Assembly (NCBI GenBank): GCA_964270895.1 | Contig: OZ185435.1 | Length of the DNA: 64,000 nt | DNA from: Podarcis filfolensis | Taxonomy: Eukaryota | Reading direction: 5' to 3' (one strand) | Shown: positions 1-11,635 of the stretch, piece after piece | Layout of the letters: every line of letters starts with the position of its first letter | How positions within the stretch are numbered: the stretch's first letter is position 1 | Program-made: the position numbers and the translations under genes | Notes under the pieces: generated by a model | Database searches by the model: none | The model's input: the letters and a program-made list of their open reading frames with translations, nothing else | Told to the model about the DNA's origin: nothing

Positions 1-508
1 TATAGCAAAGCACTGGAAGACTCAAGATTTACCCACTCTGGAAGAATGGCAGATGAAGTTGATTGACTGTATGGGACTGGCCGAAATGACTGGCAGAATC
101 CGTGACCAGGGAGAAAAGTCAGCAGAAGAAGATTGGAAGAAATTCAAGGAATATCTACAGAAATACTATAAAATTAATGAACTTTGAAAAGATGTTGATT
201 TGAACTTTGGTGGTCTCTAGCTGTTATGATAAAGATAATGGGGATTATAATTGTTTTTGTTATTAAATTTAAAAAAGTTGAGTGGAAAATAAGGTGATAT
301 TCTAAAAGGAATGTTAAGAGATTAGGATTTGCTGAATTAACAAATTGAACTAGAGAACAAGAAGGGGAGGTATGAGGAAGTCAAAGAAACATGTGACCGA
401 AAAACTGTTATTGAAACTGAATTGTTTTTAATATTTTTCTTTTTCTTTTTCTTTTTGTGTTTATATAAAATTGGAAAATTCAATAAATATTCATTTAAAA
501 AAAAAAAA
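1..508 (+). mobile_element. L1-clade LINE 3' end (ORF2 tail, 3' UTR, poly-A), cut by window start
   Basis: Translates ...EEWQMKLIDCMGLAEMTGRIRDQGEKSAEEDWKKFKEYLQKYYKINEL*, near-identical to the copy at 45271. AATAAA at ~482 followed by an A-run. Confidence 0.85.
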
Positions 509-1793
509 GGATGGGGGGGGCGGTCTGCCCCGGGTGTCATCCATGAGGAGGGTGACAAAAAGGCACACTGCAGGACCCTGCACATGGTGAATCGCCCTGC
601 CACCACCGCTCTCCCACCCTGGGTGCACGGCATGGCTGCTACTCTGGGCACCCATGCAGCTAACTCCGGCACTCTCCCTGATCCCCAGGTCTTTTGCTGT
701 GGATTCTGACCTGTTCTTTAAAAACAACAACTTTGCTTGTAGGCCAGCTGGGAACACAGCAAAGTCCTGTGTTGGCAAAACCCTGGCCACCCATCCCACT
801 AATTTCCCAGAGGAATTGATACATATGAATTGTTTCTGCAGATTTTATGCAGATTTGTGCCATGGTCCTGTGCCTCAAGTCCTGTAAGAAGCTAGCAGCA
901 CCTCTGGAGCAGTGATACAGGCAAATATTGAAGCGTTTGGAACAAAAGATACATGATAATCCAAGAGGTTGGTCCCTCTTGAAGAACTTCTCTATTTGAC
1001 CTGGGCCTTGCCAGAGTTTGAGACTTTTACAACTGGATGTTTAAACAACTACTCTCCTGTAGATTAGCTGTGGAAATAGCTAAACTTTTCCTTAATGCAT
1101 TTAGAAAAACACACCCACAGCTGCATAGCCTCAATTCAGGGGATAGCTGGGGAAGAAAGCCATAATAATTTATGATGTTAGTTTACAGGGCAGTATGAAA
1201 ATTAATCCAAGTATGTTGAAACTGATGGGTCTTTCCTTTTTCTGGGCTTAAGATAAGGCCTCCAGAAGAGCTGGGTACTTAGAGTTCTGCTATAATTTAT
1301 AGTGAGGAAGTCTGCTTGGGTAGGAAGAAATTTGAAGTGTCTGCATTTTAACAATGAAATGATTGCTCCACCCTCACCCCCACCCCTTGCTACTATGGAG
1401 TACAGATTCATACATGAGCCTTGACTGTGTGCACATGCAAGCAGCTCAGTCTGCACATGTGTAGTCATGTAGCACAGTTCTGTGAATCTATCAGCTGGCA
1501 AGTACACCAGTCAGCTGCCTGGCAGGAAAAGGAGACAGAGGGAGCTTCTTCCAGCTCCTTGCTCACCTTCCTGAGCACCTCATTCCCACAATCCCTGAAT
1601 ATCTGAGGCACCTCTTCATGTGTAGTTCCAGCTGCTGGACTGGGCTGTAGAATCACTGGTGCATTCTCTATTTTTAAGTGTGTTTCTTCATCTAACAATG
1701 GTTATAAATGTGCATTCATATAGAAATGTGAACAGTTCTGGGTGCCTCAGTTTAAGGAGGATATTGTGAAGCAGGAAAGTGTGCAGACGAGGA

Positions 1794-2460
1794 GAATTGT
1801 AGAGTTGAAAGGGACCCCAAGTGTAATCTAATCCAGCCCCCTGTAATACAGGAATCTCAACTGAAGCATCCAACCACTGCTTCAAAATCTCCAAGGAACC
1901 TCTCGTGACAGTCTATTCCACTTCCAAACAGCTCTTATTGTCAGAAAGTTCTTCCTGATGTTTAGTTGGAATCTCCCTTCGTTAACTTGAAGCCATGGGT
2001 TCAAGTCCTACCTAAAACAAGCTTGTTCCCTCTTGCATGTGACAGCCCTTGAGATATTTGAAGATGGCTCTCATATCTGCCCTCAGTCTCCTCTTCACCA
2101 GGCTAAACATACCCAGCTCCTTCAACCGTTCCTCATAAGGCTTGGTTTCCAGTCCCTTGATCCTCTTGGTTGCCCACCTCTGCACGTTCCAGCTTGTCAA
2201 CATCCTTCTTAAATTGTGGTGCCCAGAATTCCAGGTGTGGTCTGGCCAAGGCAGAATAGAGTGGTACTATTGGGCATTAGACTTCTGTTGATGCCACTGA
2301 GAATAGCGTTAGGTTTTTGTTGTTGTTGTTGTTTGCTGCTGCATCACACTGTTGATTCATGTGAAGCCTGCAGTCTACTAAGGCTCCGAGACCCTTTTCA
2401 CGTGTACTGCTGGCAATCCAGGTGTCCCCCATCTTATATTTGTGCAGCTGGTTCTTTTAG
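1794..2460 (-). mobile_element. CR1 LINE 3' fragment, degraded
   Basis: ORF 2012-2203 ([26 protein letters not shown]...) is the CR1 ORF2 C-terminus; CR1 3' UTR-like sequence at ~1794-1860. Confidence 0.85.
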
Positions 2461-2733
2461 GATATTGTGATTTAATCACATAATACAGTGATATTACAAC
2501 AGCCTACCACTCAACCAAGATTAAACTCTGCAGAATAAAAGTAGAGTGTATTCTGGAGGCAAAGCAGTCGGGTATCAGTCCTATAGCCCTTCAGTTAATG
2601 TTGGACTCCAACTTTGATCAGCCCTAGCCAGCATGGAGTGATAGGAACATCTGGAGGACCATAATTTCCCCTATTTAGGCAACAGAATTCAAGCACACGG
2701 TTTCATTTTGATGACATTTATGTGGACAGATTT

Positions 2734-2987
2734 GAGAGCCAGTGTGGTGTAGTGGTTAAGAGCGGTAGTCATGTAATCTGGGGAACCAGGTTCGCGTCTC
2801 CGCTCCTCCACATGCAGCTGCTGGGTGACCTTGGGCCAGTCACACTTCTTTGAAGTCTCTCAGCCCCACTCACCTCACAGAGTGTTTGTTGTGGGGGAGG
2901 AAGGGAAAGGAGATTGTTAGCCGCTTTGAGACTCCTTAAGGGGAGTGAAAGGCGGGATATCAAATCCAAACTTCTTCTTCTTCTTCT
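2734..2987 (+). mobile_element. Squam3-like (MIR/CORE-derived) tRNA SINE
   Basis: GAGAGCCAGTGTGGTGTAGTGGTTAAGAGC head, GTGACCTTGGGC core and (CTT)n tail; two more copies in the window. Confidence 0.75.
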
Positions 2988-5027
2988 ACGTGGAAGTTTG
3001 CATTGAACTTCCGATGTTATGAGGTGGGACAGGATTTCTTTCCATTTCTCTTCTCCAATAACAGGAACTCTTGAGAGAAAAGCCTTTTGCTGGGTTGGCT
3101 AAGAAAATAACTGAAGCCACTTACACTTTACAAGTATATAGATGTAGAATGGGCCACCATAAGGGCCGTCCCACCCATGAGGCAAGGTGAGGCAACTACC
3201 TCGGGTGGCAAGATCCACAGCGGCAGCAGATCTGGCCTCCAAGAAATGCATTGCCTGCTGCTGCCGCCACAGTGGCTGTGACAGCTGTGGTGCACTCCTT
3301 GGAAGCTGGATCTGTCACCGTCTTGGTGGAACCCCAAAATGCTGCTTCTGTAGTGACCTCTTGGAGAATAAGAGGTGCTGCTGGTCCTCCACCCACCTTG
3401 TTCCCAGTGTAGATCTTCACTCACACCATTCAGTGGTTCCCCTTGGGTGCCAAAATGCCTTGAGCCCTATGTATTTCATGGCTACATAGGAGGTTTCTGC
3501 TCCACCAAATGTTTTCCAGAGCTGGTTTGTGTTTTCCCTCCTAGGAAAATCCCTTCTATTCATATATCCACGTGGGCCTCAGAGCCCACACAGATGATGA
3601 AACCATCCCGAGGAAGCAGGACAGAATTAGAGGCAAAGTTATCCTCAGGGATCTTGGTCATTCCATAGAATCATAGTATTGTGGAGGTGGAAGAGAGCCC
3701 AAGGCTCACTTGTATTGCTCTGCCAAGTGATGGGAATAGGTTTATCACCCAGCAACAGCCGGTGTGTTGTGAAATGTTTATATGGTTTGTCTGAGAGCTC
3801 TTCTGCATATCACTGTGCAATTTGGGCTACAGGTGGGTGTATGTTTTTTCCCCAATGCTCTCCTGTGGAAGAAGCTCATCAGGAAACCTTTTAGCTGGAG
3901 TGGGTGCAGGAAGGGGTTTTGCTTCCTTTGTCCGAAAGCCTTTCTTAAAAAGCCAACCTCCCCCTGGACTCTGAAAGTGAACAAGGCCCAAGAACTCAGG
4001 CACCTCACTCCACCACCTCCTGCGTCCTGCACAACTTGTCAAGCAGCTCGCAGAGTCCTGCTTCCGAGCCACACACACCTTTCCCTGGTGCTCTGCAGAA
4101 TATCAGAGACTATTTACTCTCTTTTAAAAAATCAAAACATTTCCAGTAGAATTTGTTTTAAGAAGAATAATCAGCAAGATGAAAGATTTAAGAAGCTGCT
4201 GCATAGAAACATTAACTATAAAAAGTGAGTCAAAGAGGGGAAGGCGACCACATTCTGAAATAAAAGCGAGAGAAGGGACCTGCTGGGAATCATATCTGGT
4301 AAATTAGCAATGTGGTGAACAAGAGGAGTGACAGTTTGTTTCCTCATCTGAGTCTGATCTCTGCTCACAAGCCACCAAGCCAGTTCCAGCAAGATCGGGG
4401 GGGGGGGGGGACACGCACATGGCAGCCCACATGCCGCTTGTTTGGTGTTCCAGAGAGGAGCAAGATAAATGGAAACTCGTTGCAGGGCAGATCAATAATC
4501 AGCTGCCCGGACATTTGGAAAGACAAATTGGATTCTCCTTAGGTGGCCTTGCTGAGAGCATTTGCACTGATGCACCCAATACATGTCCAGCCGTGGATAA
4601 TTATCAATGAAATGCATGTTATTCAGATTGTCCCTGAACTTCATGCAAGCCTCCCTCTCCTCCCCCATTCACATCTGCCCCCCCCCAGTGGTGAAGCTAC
4701 TTGCTCTGGCACTTGGCGCGGCTTGTGAGAATTTGATTATGGCTGAGATGCTGCAGGGAGGGAGTCAAACCTTTCACAGAGGGGGGAAATGGCTGTTCTG
4801 TTGGTGGAAGTAAATTCATAATGGGGAAAATGCCAAAGGGAAAGGGAGCCATGATAAAATTTGAGAGGGGGGGGGGCCTGCACTTCCTTTAAAGGAAAAG
4901 CAGAAACATCTAGTGATCTGAAAACAGATCTCGCATATGTCACTTAATTTGGCTTTTTCGTGGGCCTCTTTGTTGAGCAAAATCAGTTGAATCTGACTCC
5001 ACTTATGGATGATGGTCTGCCCTGAAG

Positions 5028-5150
5028 AACAATGAATGGCTTTGTTCAGAGCACATAATGCGAGCACACAAAATGAGAAGGCCTTTTTGGGAGGAGGCCT
5101 TGTTTTGTATTTAACCGATGTGTACAACATAGTTTAGAACTTACATGTGA
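5028..5150. promoter_or_regulatory. Candidate SOXE-dimer plus MITF-type E-box enhancer
   Basis: AACAATG-aatgg-CTTTGTT (5028-5046) matches WWCAAWG-N5-CWTTGWW; CATGTGA at 5144-5150. Motif match only. Confidence 0.35.
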
Positions 5151-5167
5151 TTTTAAAATTGCTGTAG

Positions 5168-6260
5168 AAAGGAATCCAGGGACTCAACTTGGTTTGGTCA
5201 AGCCCCAAAAGGCCAGGGGAGCATCTGGGGAGTGGACATAGTCTGTTCCCAGGCTTTTCTGTGGCCTCAAGTGTTCACCCTTGGCTTACCTATGATAGAG
5301 CTCTGGGTCAGCGCTACCTGCAAGGGTGTAGGGAGCTAGTCGAACCAGAGCCTATGCAACCACTCACTTTTCTGTAATCAATAAAGTTGTGGCCTAAATT
5401 CTGCCAAAAACCAAAAACTAAAATTTGAGTCAGATGTGTCTTTATTTAAGGGGGAGGTCTCTAGGTCTGAACACGCAAATAAATTAAATGAAGCTACCAC
5501 CACCACCTTCTTAAATTGTGGCGCCCAGAACTGGACACAGGACTCTAGGTGTGGTCTGATCAAGACAGAATAGAGTGGTACTATGAGTTCCCTTGATCTG
5601 GACACTAGACTTCTCTTGATGCAGCCTAAAATAACATTCACTTTTTTTGCTGCTGCATCACACAGTTGACTCATGTTAAGGTTGTGGTCCACCAAGGCCT
5701 GAATTCTGATTCTGTCTTCTGCAGCATTAGCTACCCCTCCCAGCTTGGTGTCATCTGCAAATTGGAGATGAGCATCCCCACAATTCCTTCATCCAAGACA
5801 TTTATAAAGACGTTGAACAACAACAGGCCCAGGACAGAACCCTGTGGCACCCTACTTGTCACTTTTCCCCAGGATGACGAGGAACCATTCATGAGTACTC
5901 TTTGGGTTTGGTCAGTCAACCAGCTACAAATCCACCCAACAGTTACCTCATCCAACCCACATTTTACTAGCTTCTCTGCAAGAAGTTCATGGTGGACTTT
6001 GTCAAGAGCCTTTTGACTTTGTCAAAAGACAGTTTGCAGCCATCATGAGAAATGAAGGGAGAAATGCATTCCCATCGCCCTGAAATGGATGTCAGGCAGC
6101 CAGCAATCCCCTACCTTTGCACAGTTGTCAAACAAGCAACGCACACTGGATAAGGCTAATGACACTTTAGTTTGCAGAGCTTTCTACAGAGCCACAGAGT
6201 TGAAGGAACTGGCAATAATACACAGGACAGACTTAACATTGGGTAGATTTCTTTCCAGAA
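5168..6260 (+). repeat. Inverted segmental duplication, copy A (partial LTR + CR1 fragment + non-repeat sequence)
   Basis: Reverse complement of 19416-20500 over ~1.09 kb; ORF-track pairs 5378-5695/19952-20269 and 5666-6016/19619-19981 are nearly identical; both copies share the same internal CR1 deletion. Confidence 0.93.
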
Positions 6261-6270
6261 ATTGTGTCGT

Positions 6271-6383
6271 TAGAAGGGATGACGAGGGTCACCTAGTCTA
6301 ACCCCCTGCAGTGCAGGGATCTTTTGCCCAATGTGGAGCTCTGAGATGAAGAGTCTCCCTCTCTACTGACTGAGCTCTCCTAG
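6271..6383 (-). mobile_element. tRNA-Lys-headed SINE with CR1-like tail, degraded
   Basis: Reverse complement resembles 6912-7051 (gctcagtc..gtaga..gagactctt; gggcaaaa..cctgc..tgcagggg). Confidence 0.55.
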
Positions 6384-6911
6384 CCTCTTCCACTTCTTGC
6401 AGTGACCACACAAGCAGCACAAAAAGAAAAGCAAAAGGTGCTTTCTGTGTCATCCATGAGGGTGCCTTTGCGTTCGGGGGGGGGGGGAGAGAATACTCCA
6501 GAATGAATGCAGATGAATGCTAGACACAGGAATACAAAAGAAGACAAATGCAATTAAAACATTGTTGTCCTATATTAGAACAGATTAAAAAGGAGCCAGT
6601 TTGTACATCTCCTGATAACATTGCAGTGATTAATAGAATGCAGCATGGATTTGTCAATAATAAATTTTGCTAGATTAGTCTCGTGTAAGAAGGCTGTGGC
6701 ATTATTTATCTTAATTTCAGCAAAACATTTGATAACAATCCCTAATATTTTGGTTAGCAAACTGATTGAATACGGTCTAGACAAAAATATTATCCAGTGG
6801 ATTTACAGACTGTAATTTCAGACTGTAGTCTTTGAATATTCTTGGAGAATGTGTAAAGTTCACACAGACTGGAGGTGGGCAAATGTTGTCCCCACCTTCA
6901 GATCCAGATAA

Positions 6912-7051
6912 CTAGGGATGGCTCAGTCGGTACAGCATGAGACTCTTAACCTCAAGGTTGTGGATTGAATCCCCACTTTGGGCAAAATATTCCTGCTTTG
7001 CAGGGGTTGGACCAGATGATCCTCATGGTCTCTTCCAACTCTACAATTCTA
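6912..7051 (+). mobile_element. tRNA-Lys(CTT)-derived SINE with CR1-type 3' tail
   Basis: GCTCAGTCGGTACAGCATGAGACTCTTAA head fused to GGGGTTGGACCAGATGATCC...TTCCAACTCTACAATTCTA CR1 tail. Confidence 0.7.
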
Positions 7052-8339
7052 CTCACTTGACCCATTGATACCAGGAAAGGTCTTAGAGCAGATAATTCAA
7101 CAAGTCAGTCTGTGAGCACTTAGAAAAGGATGCTCTGTGTACTAAAACCCAGCATGCATTTCTCAAAATCCATGCTGGGGTTCCTGCTGCACTTGGAAGG
7201 GGGGTGGACTGATGGCTGCCAAGAGCTCTTTCAACTCTACCATCTCTCTTTAAAAACAAACCAACAAACAGATTCAGGTGGTTAAATGTCCCTTTGCCAC
7301 GGGAGAACACATCACCAGTGGGCTATTTTATAACTTTGCATATTTTATTAACCACATGTGAATAATAGTGCAATCCCTTTACATAAAAAACCAGGTTGAC
7401 AGCATTTTTAATTGATTATACCTCCAAGTCAGTCCAGTTGCCTGGCATTGAAAAGGTTGCCAAAATAATTGCCCGCTCAGAGCGACTTGGGGAGTCACCC
7501 ACAAGGGCTAGTCTCCAGCGCAGAGTTTTCTGTTGACACAAAGCGCAACTCAGCACAAAGGAATTCAAAGTATGAATTCACTTTTCACATTGTGTTTGAA
7601 CAGGGAGATCAGGTTTAGCTGATAAGGAGTGAAGAAAATAACACTGCGGTTATGCAGCCCGTGAATGTGCATGAGGGAGCTCTTTGCAAAGGGGTGTTTG
7701 GGAAGGCCCACTGCCTGCGCTGCTCACACACATATTTGAAGAACAGGGCAGCAGGCATTTCCCACTTTTGTCTCAGAAGATGGGAAAACCCTGTTGCGTC
7801 TTGGATGGAGACTCCTGCTTCCAACCGTGGGCAGCAGCGGGATGATTCGATAAACCCGCAGGCAGGCGAGTGAGGCAACAGAGTCTCCGTCTTTCTCTGA
7901 AGACACAACTTTTCTCCTCTGGATCTCAGTGCGAGTTACTTTTCATTCGCCTCGGGCTGGAGAGCTTACCGTTTTGTATATATGGTTTAATGGTTGCGTT
8001 GTTAACTCACTGTGATTGCAGGAAAGGCGGCATTAAAATATTTCAGATGGTTAAATACGAGGGACAGGCTACTGCCTCTGCAAAATGAAGTTTTCATCCT
8101 AGCAGCCATCCTAGCCTTGCGCAACCCGATCTCGCAGTGGATTTGCTTAACCCGCTAACCTGCTTTTTATTGATGCAATTTAAAAAACCTTGCTCTTTCA
8201 AGTCCCACTCAGATTTAAACACCGACTGACTGGGCCATTTATTCCCGCGCCCTGACCAAGTGCCCCACATGTGCCCCACAGGTAGCCCAAGCAATCTTCC
8301 CCGTGGGTATTTAAAAAGCTGCCAGCGGCTGCAGCTCTC

Positions 8340-8659
8340 CCGTCGCATTTCTCCTGCTGCTGCTCCTCTTCTCCTTATCGCTTTAGCTGCTGCTGCTGCT
8401 GCCCAGGAAGTGGACTGGGAGGCCAGCGCTCGTGGGGCCATGTGATCTCTGCGCACCGATTAGGTGGTTGGATCTGGTGAGCCCTGGGCGAGGGGAGAGG
8501 AGGATGGGAACCCAGCACTGGAAGCATGTGACAGCCACATAGTTTTGCACCACCTTCTAGGGCAGGATTTCCACCGAGAAAGAGACCAGATAGAGGGCTG
8601 AGCAGCACCCAGGAAGCAGCAGCAGCAGCAGCAGCAACAACAACAGCGCGCATTGCAAG
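8340..8659 (+). other. MLPH: Putative non-coding exon 1 of MLPH (3' boundary uncertain: 8476, 8659 or 8864)
   Basis: Starts ~25 nt after the TATA-like box. Donor-like sites CTG|GTGAGC (8476), AAG|GTAACC (8659), AAG|GTGAGC (8864). Mammalian MLPH has an untranslated exon 1. Confidence 0.45.
8617..8646 (+). repeat. (CAG)6(CAA)3CAG trinucleotide tract
   Basis: Read directly; a complementary (GCT)5 tract lies at 8386-8400. Confidence 0.95.
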
Positions 8660-10143
8660 GTAACCGCAGCTGCGCAAAGGGTTCTCCCAGGGGGAGAAGC
8701 GCAATTGCAACCTGCTGCTTGCCTTGGCAGGCTCCAGGGGGCTTGTTGGCCAGGGGCAAAGGCAGTGAGCCGGGCGAGGACCTGGCGGGCGTTGGCAGGG
8801 CTGGCACCTGCCGGCCTGGCTGCCAGGTCGGGGGCAGAGGAAGGACCGGGAGCGAGGGGCCAAGGTGAGCGCGGGCTGAAGGAGGAAAGGGCTGCGCATT
8901 AGGAGAAGGGCTGAGCTGGAAAGGACGGGGGCATCTCCGCGCGCCTCTCTGCCCGCGCTCCGCGCACCAGGGATACGCGAATTGGCAGCAGTATTCCTGT
9001 CACAGTGAAACCAACCTAAAGGAGGGATGGGAGAGTCTGCTGCTGTCCTGTGACACTGAATGCTCTCTGGCGCGCAAAGAGCTTGTGACTTCCTGCTCGT
9101 GGGGACGCCTCTTCGCCAGAGGCGCCCCGAGGCCGACTGAAGGTTAATTTGGGAAGCAAGAAGCGCCATGGCTGCACATGGCTGCACATGAGCCCCCTTT
9201 CTGGCAAGGCTGCCGACTGGGGTAAAAAGAGCAACTTCCTTGACTTCTTCTTTCCTTCCGGAGATTTAAACGTGGGTTCATTTTTACTGTTGACATGTTG
9301 TAACTGGAAAGGCACATTTCTAATTTATTACTGATTTGTTAAATGTAAACTATGGAAGTAAAGCCAATGCAAATCTATAAAAGGGTTCCCCTCCATGGAA
9401 ACTCCCCTTTCAATAACACTTTATTGAAATATTTATGAAAGTGCTTGAAAGAGTTTTGTCCAACAGCCGATCTATCTCGTTTTTGATCAGGAGTCAGGTT
9501 TCAGCTCCATGGAAGTTGCAGCAGTATTTGGACAACTCCTTCTATTTATGGAAAGCTATAAGAGGCCAGTCTGACAAATAGACCCAAAGCCCCAGAAGTT
9601 GTTAATGGCAAACAACTCGAATATGCAGATCACTCTCAACACCAGCCAAGGGGCTGCAAATTGTTTTCCAGACCTGCAGATCAGATGATGCCCAGAACTC
9701 AGCGTCTGGAAACTGGTATGTGGCCAGCTGACTGGAGTTGGCTTGTTCTCAATAAATCTAGTCATTTGTCATTAATAATAACAATATTTACCTTTTTACC
9801 TTTAATCACCATCATCAGCATCTGTGGCTGTGGCCTTTTGTTAGATTGATTATCTTTAGCATTTATTTTAGGTTTCAAATTATATTAACTAGAAGGCCGA
9901 GCTTAAGACATGGGGAAAGTTTATGCAGAATTTACCACCTGCAATTGCAATCATATTCAGTGGTAACTGAGGATACCCTGAAATTGTGTAAAGAACTGTA
10001 ATATGCAATGACTAGAATGATGGGACTGGGTGTCAGAAATCCAGGATCATAGAACTACTTTGTTAGAAAGTTCATTGATATGTATTGGGGAGCTTGTTGA
10101 AGTGCTAAAGCACTGCTTTGAACTCCTCAGAAGTGTGGCATTA

Positions 10144-10358
10144 CAGTGGTACCTCAGGTTACAGACGCTTCAGGTTACAGACTCTGCTAACCCAGAAATA
10201 GTACCTCGGGTTAAGAACTTTGCTTCAGGATGAGAACAGAAATCATGCAGCGGCAGCAGGAGTCCCCATTAGCTAAAGTGGTGCTTCAGGTTAAGAACAG
10301 TTTCAGGTTAAGAATGGACCTCCAGAACAAATTAAGTTTTTAACCCGGGGTACCACTG
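10144..10358. mobile_element. Tc1/mariner-type MITE, family 1
   Basis: TA|CAGTGGTACC...GGTACCACTG|TA: terminal inverted repeats and TA target duplication. Confidence 0.9.
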
Positions 10359-11374
10359 TAAATGAAAATTGCATCTCACATCTGTGGGGATTGTAGTTTG
10401 CTAGGATTCCACGACTCCATTAGAAAAAGTGTCCTTTGCTGTCTGTTGCTGATGCTCAAAAATATCCAACAAGTCCAAACTACTGTTGTTTATCTCCTCC
10501 ATGTCACCCCCCCCACTCTTTTGGGTGTGACTTCAGGATAGCAGCAAAAAATGGGAGGTGGGTCGCAATTTCTCACAACTTCTGTGTGCGTAATGCACCA
10601 TTTTATTTCTCCCCTCTGCAGGGGGGTTAGACGAGGAGCCAGCATAACCAACATCACTGTGCAGGTAGACGGAGTCATATTTGAAAGAAGCACGTCTGGC
10701 CTCTTTCAAAATCACTCCGCAGACCCATCCTCTAGAAGCCAGTCTACAGTCAGCACCCATATCTTTAGGAAGAGGTTTTTGGACTGTAGTTATGGTTTAG
10801 CCCAGGTGTGGGTGAGTGTGGAGCTAGTCTGTTAACCTCCAGAGGTTGTTTGGCTCCCAACTCCCATCAGTCCTGGCCAGCACAGCATGCTGGGAGTTGG
10901 ACTCCCAACAATTTCTGGACTCTGTCCTTGGTTTCCCCATGTCCGATCCTAGCAACATTCAAGTATTCTGGAATTTCAACAGAATTTCCCACTAAGTCTT
11001 ATTTTTGTTCTTTAAGGAGGAATGGCATAATGGTTGAGGTCCCCTTTGGATGATCACTGTTCTGTTGGAGGGATTTGGTCTCACACCAGTATGTTTAGGT
11101 TTGCCTTGGGCAACAAACTAACTTTTAAAAAAATCATTATTTTTATTATAAGGAAAGTGATGTTCTAGACAGTGAGGGATAATGGTTAATGGAAAGTGGT
11201 ATAATCTCCACACAAGCAATAAACAGATTGCCTGGAAATGGCCTAAGAGACATAGTGACAAATCAGGAGGTTCCTGTTCAGATATCAGCTCTGCCACCTT
11301 TTCTAAGCCCCAGGGCCTTCATAACATGGGGGTGAAACGGACCTACCTTACAGGATTAGTGTAAGCATGAAGTG

Positions 11375-11635
11375 CCGTATTTTTCGCTCTATAAGACGCA
11401 CCAGACCACAAGACGCACCTAATTTTTGGAGGAGGAAAACAAGAAAAAAAAAATATTCTGAATCTCAGAAGCCAGAAGAGCAAGAGGGATCGCTGCGCAG
11501 TGAAAGCAGCAATTCCTCTTGCTATTCTGGCTTCTGTGATAGCTGCGCAGCCTGCATTCGCTCCATAAGACGCACACACATTTCCCCTTACTTTTTAGGA
11601 GGGAAAAAGGGAGTCTTATAGAGCAAAAAATACGG
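11375..11635. mobile_element. Tc1/mariner-type MITE, family 2
   Basis: TIR CCGTATTTTTCGCTCTATAAGAC ... GTCTTATAGAGCAAAAAATACGG|TA. Confidence 0.85.

Larger units (their letters stand above)
7780..9230. promoter_or_regulatory. MLPH: CpG island, putative MLPH promoter
   Basis: Only extended GC/CpG-rich stretch in the window. TATTTAAAAA at 8308-8317; CATGTG-type E-boxes at 8266-8273, 8439, 8525, 9175, 9185. It lies 12 kb upstream of the first coding exon, which needs a spliced 5' UTR. Assignment to MLPH is inference. Confidence 0.6.

Noticed and set aside
5518-5540. TGGCGCCCAGAAC resembling a tRNA-Lys primer-binding site downstream of the LTR
   Set aside because: It lies ~45 nt from the LTR end inside CR1 sequence; similar text occurs in the other CR1 copies (2217, 17131).
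6912-6985. tRNA-Lys(CTT) gene
   Set aside because: The T-loop lacks GTTC, the stems are degenerate, and it is fused to a CR1-type tail: a SINE head, not a functional tRNA.
1-8000. Exons of a neighbouring gene (COL6A3 lies upstream of MLPH in mammals)
   Set aside because: No collagen or VWA coding sequence or other recognisable exon found; the region reads as repeats plus non-coding DNA.
8375-9187. 270-aa minus-strand ORF (and other 60-120 aa ORFs) over the CpG island
   Set aside because: Low-complexity Pro/Ala/Arg/Gln composition is expected from GC-rich DNA lacking stops; no recognisable domain.
10671-10718. 48-nt hairpin GGAGT..TTGAAAGA..TCTTTCAA..ACTCC
   Set aside because: Too short and AT-rich for a pre-miRNA; within chance expectation for 64 kb.
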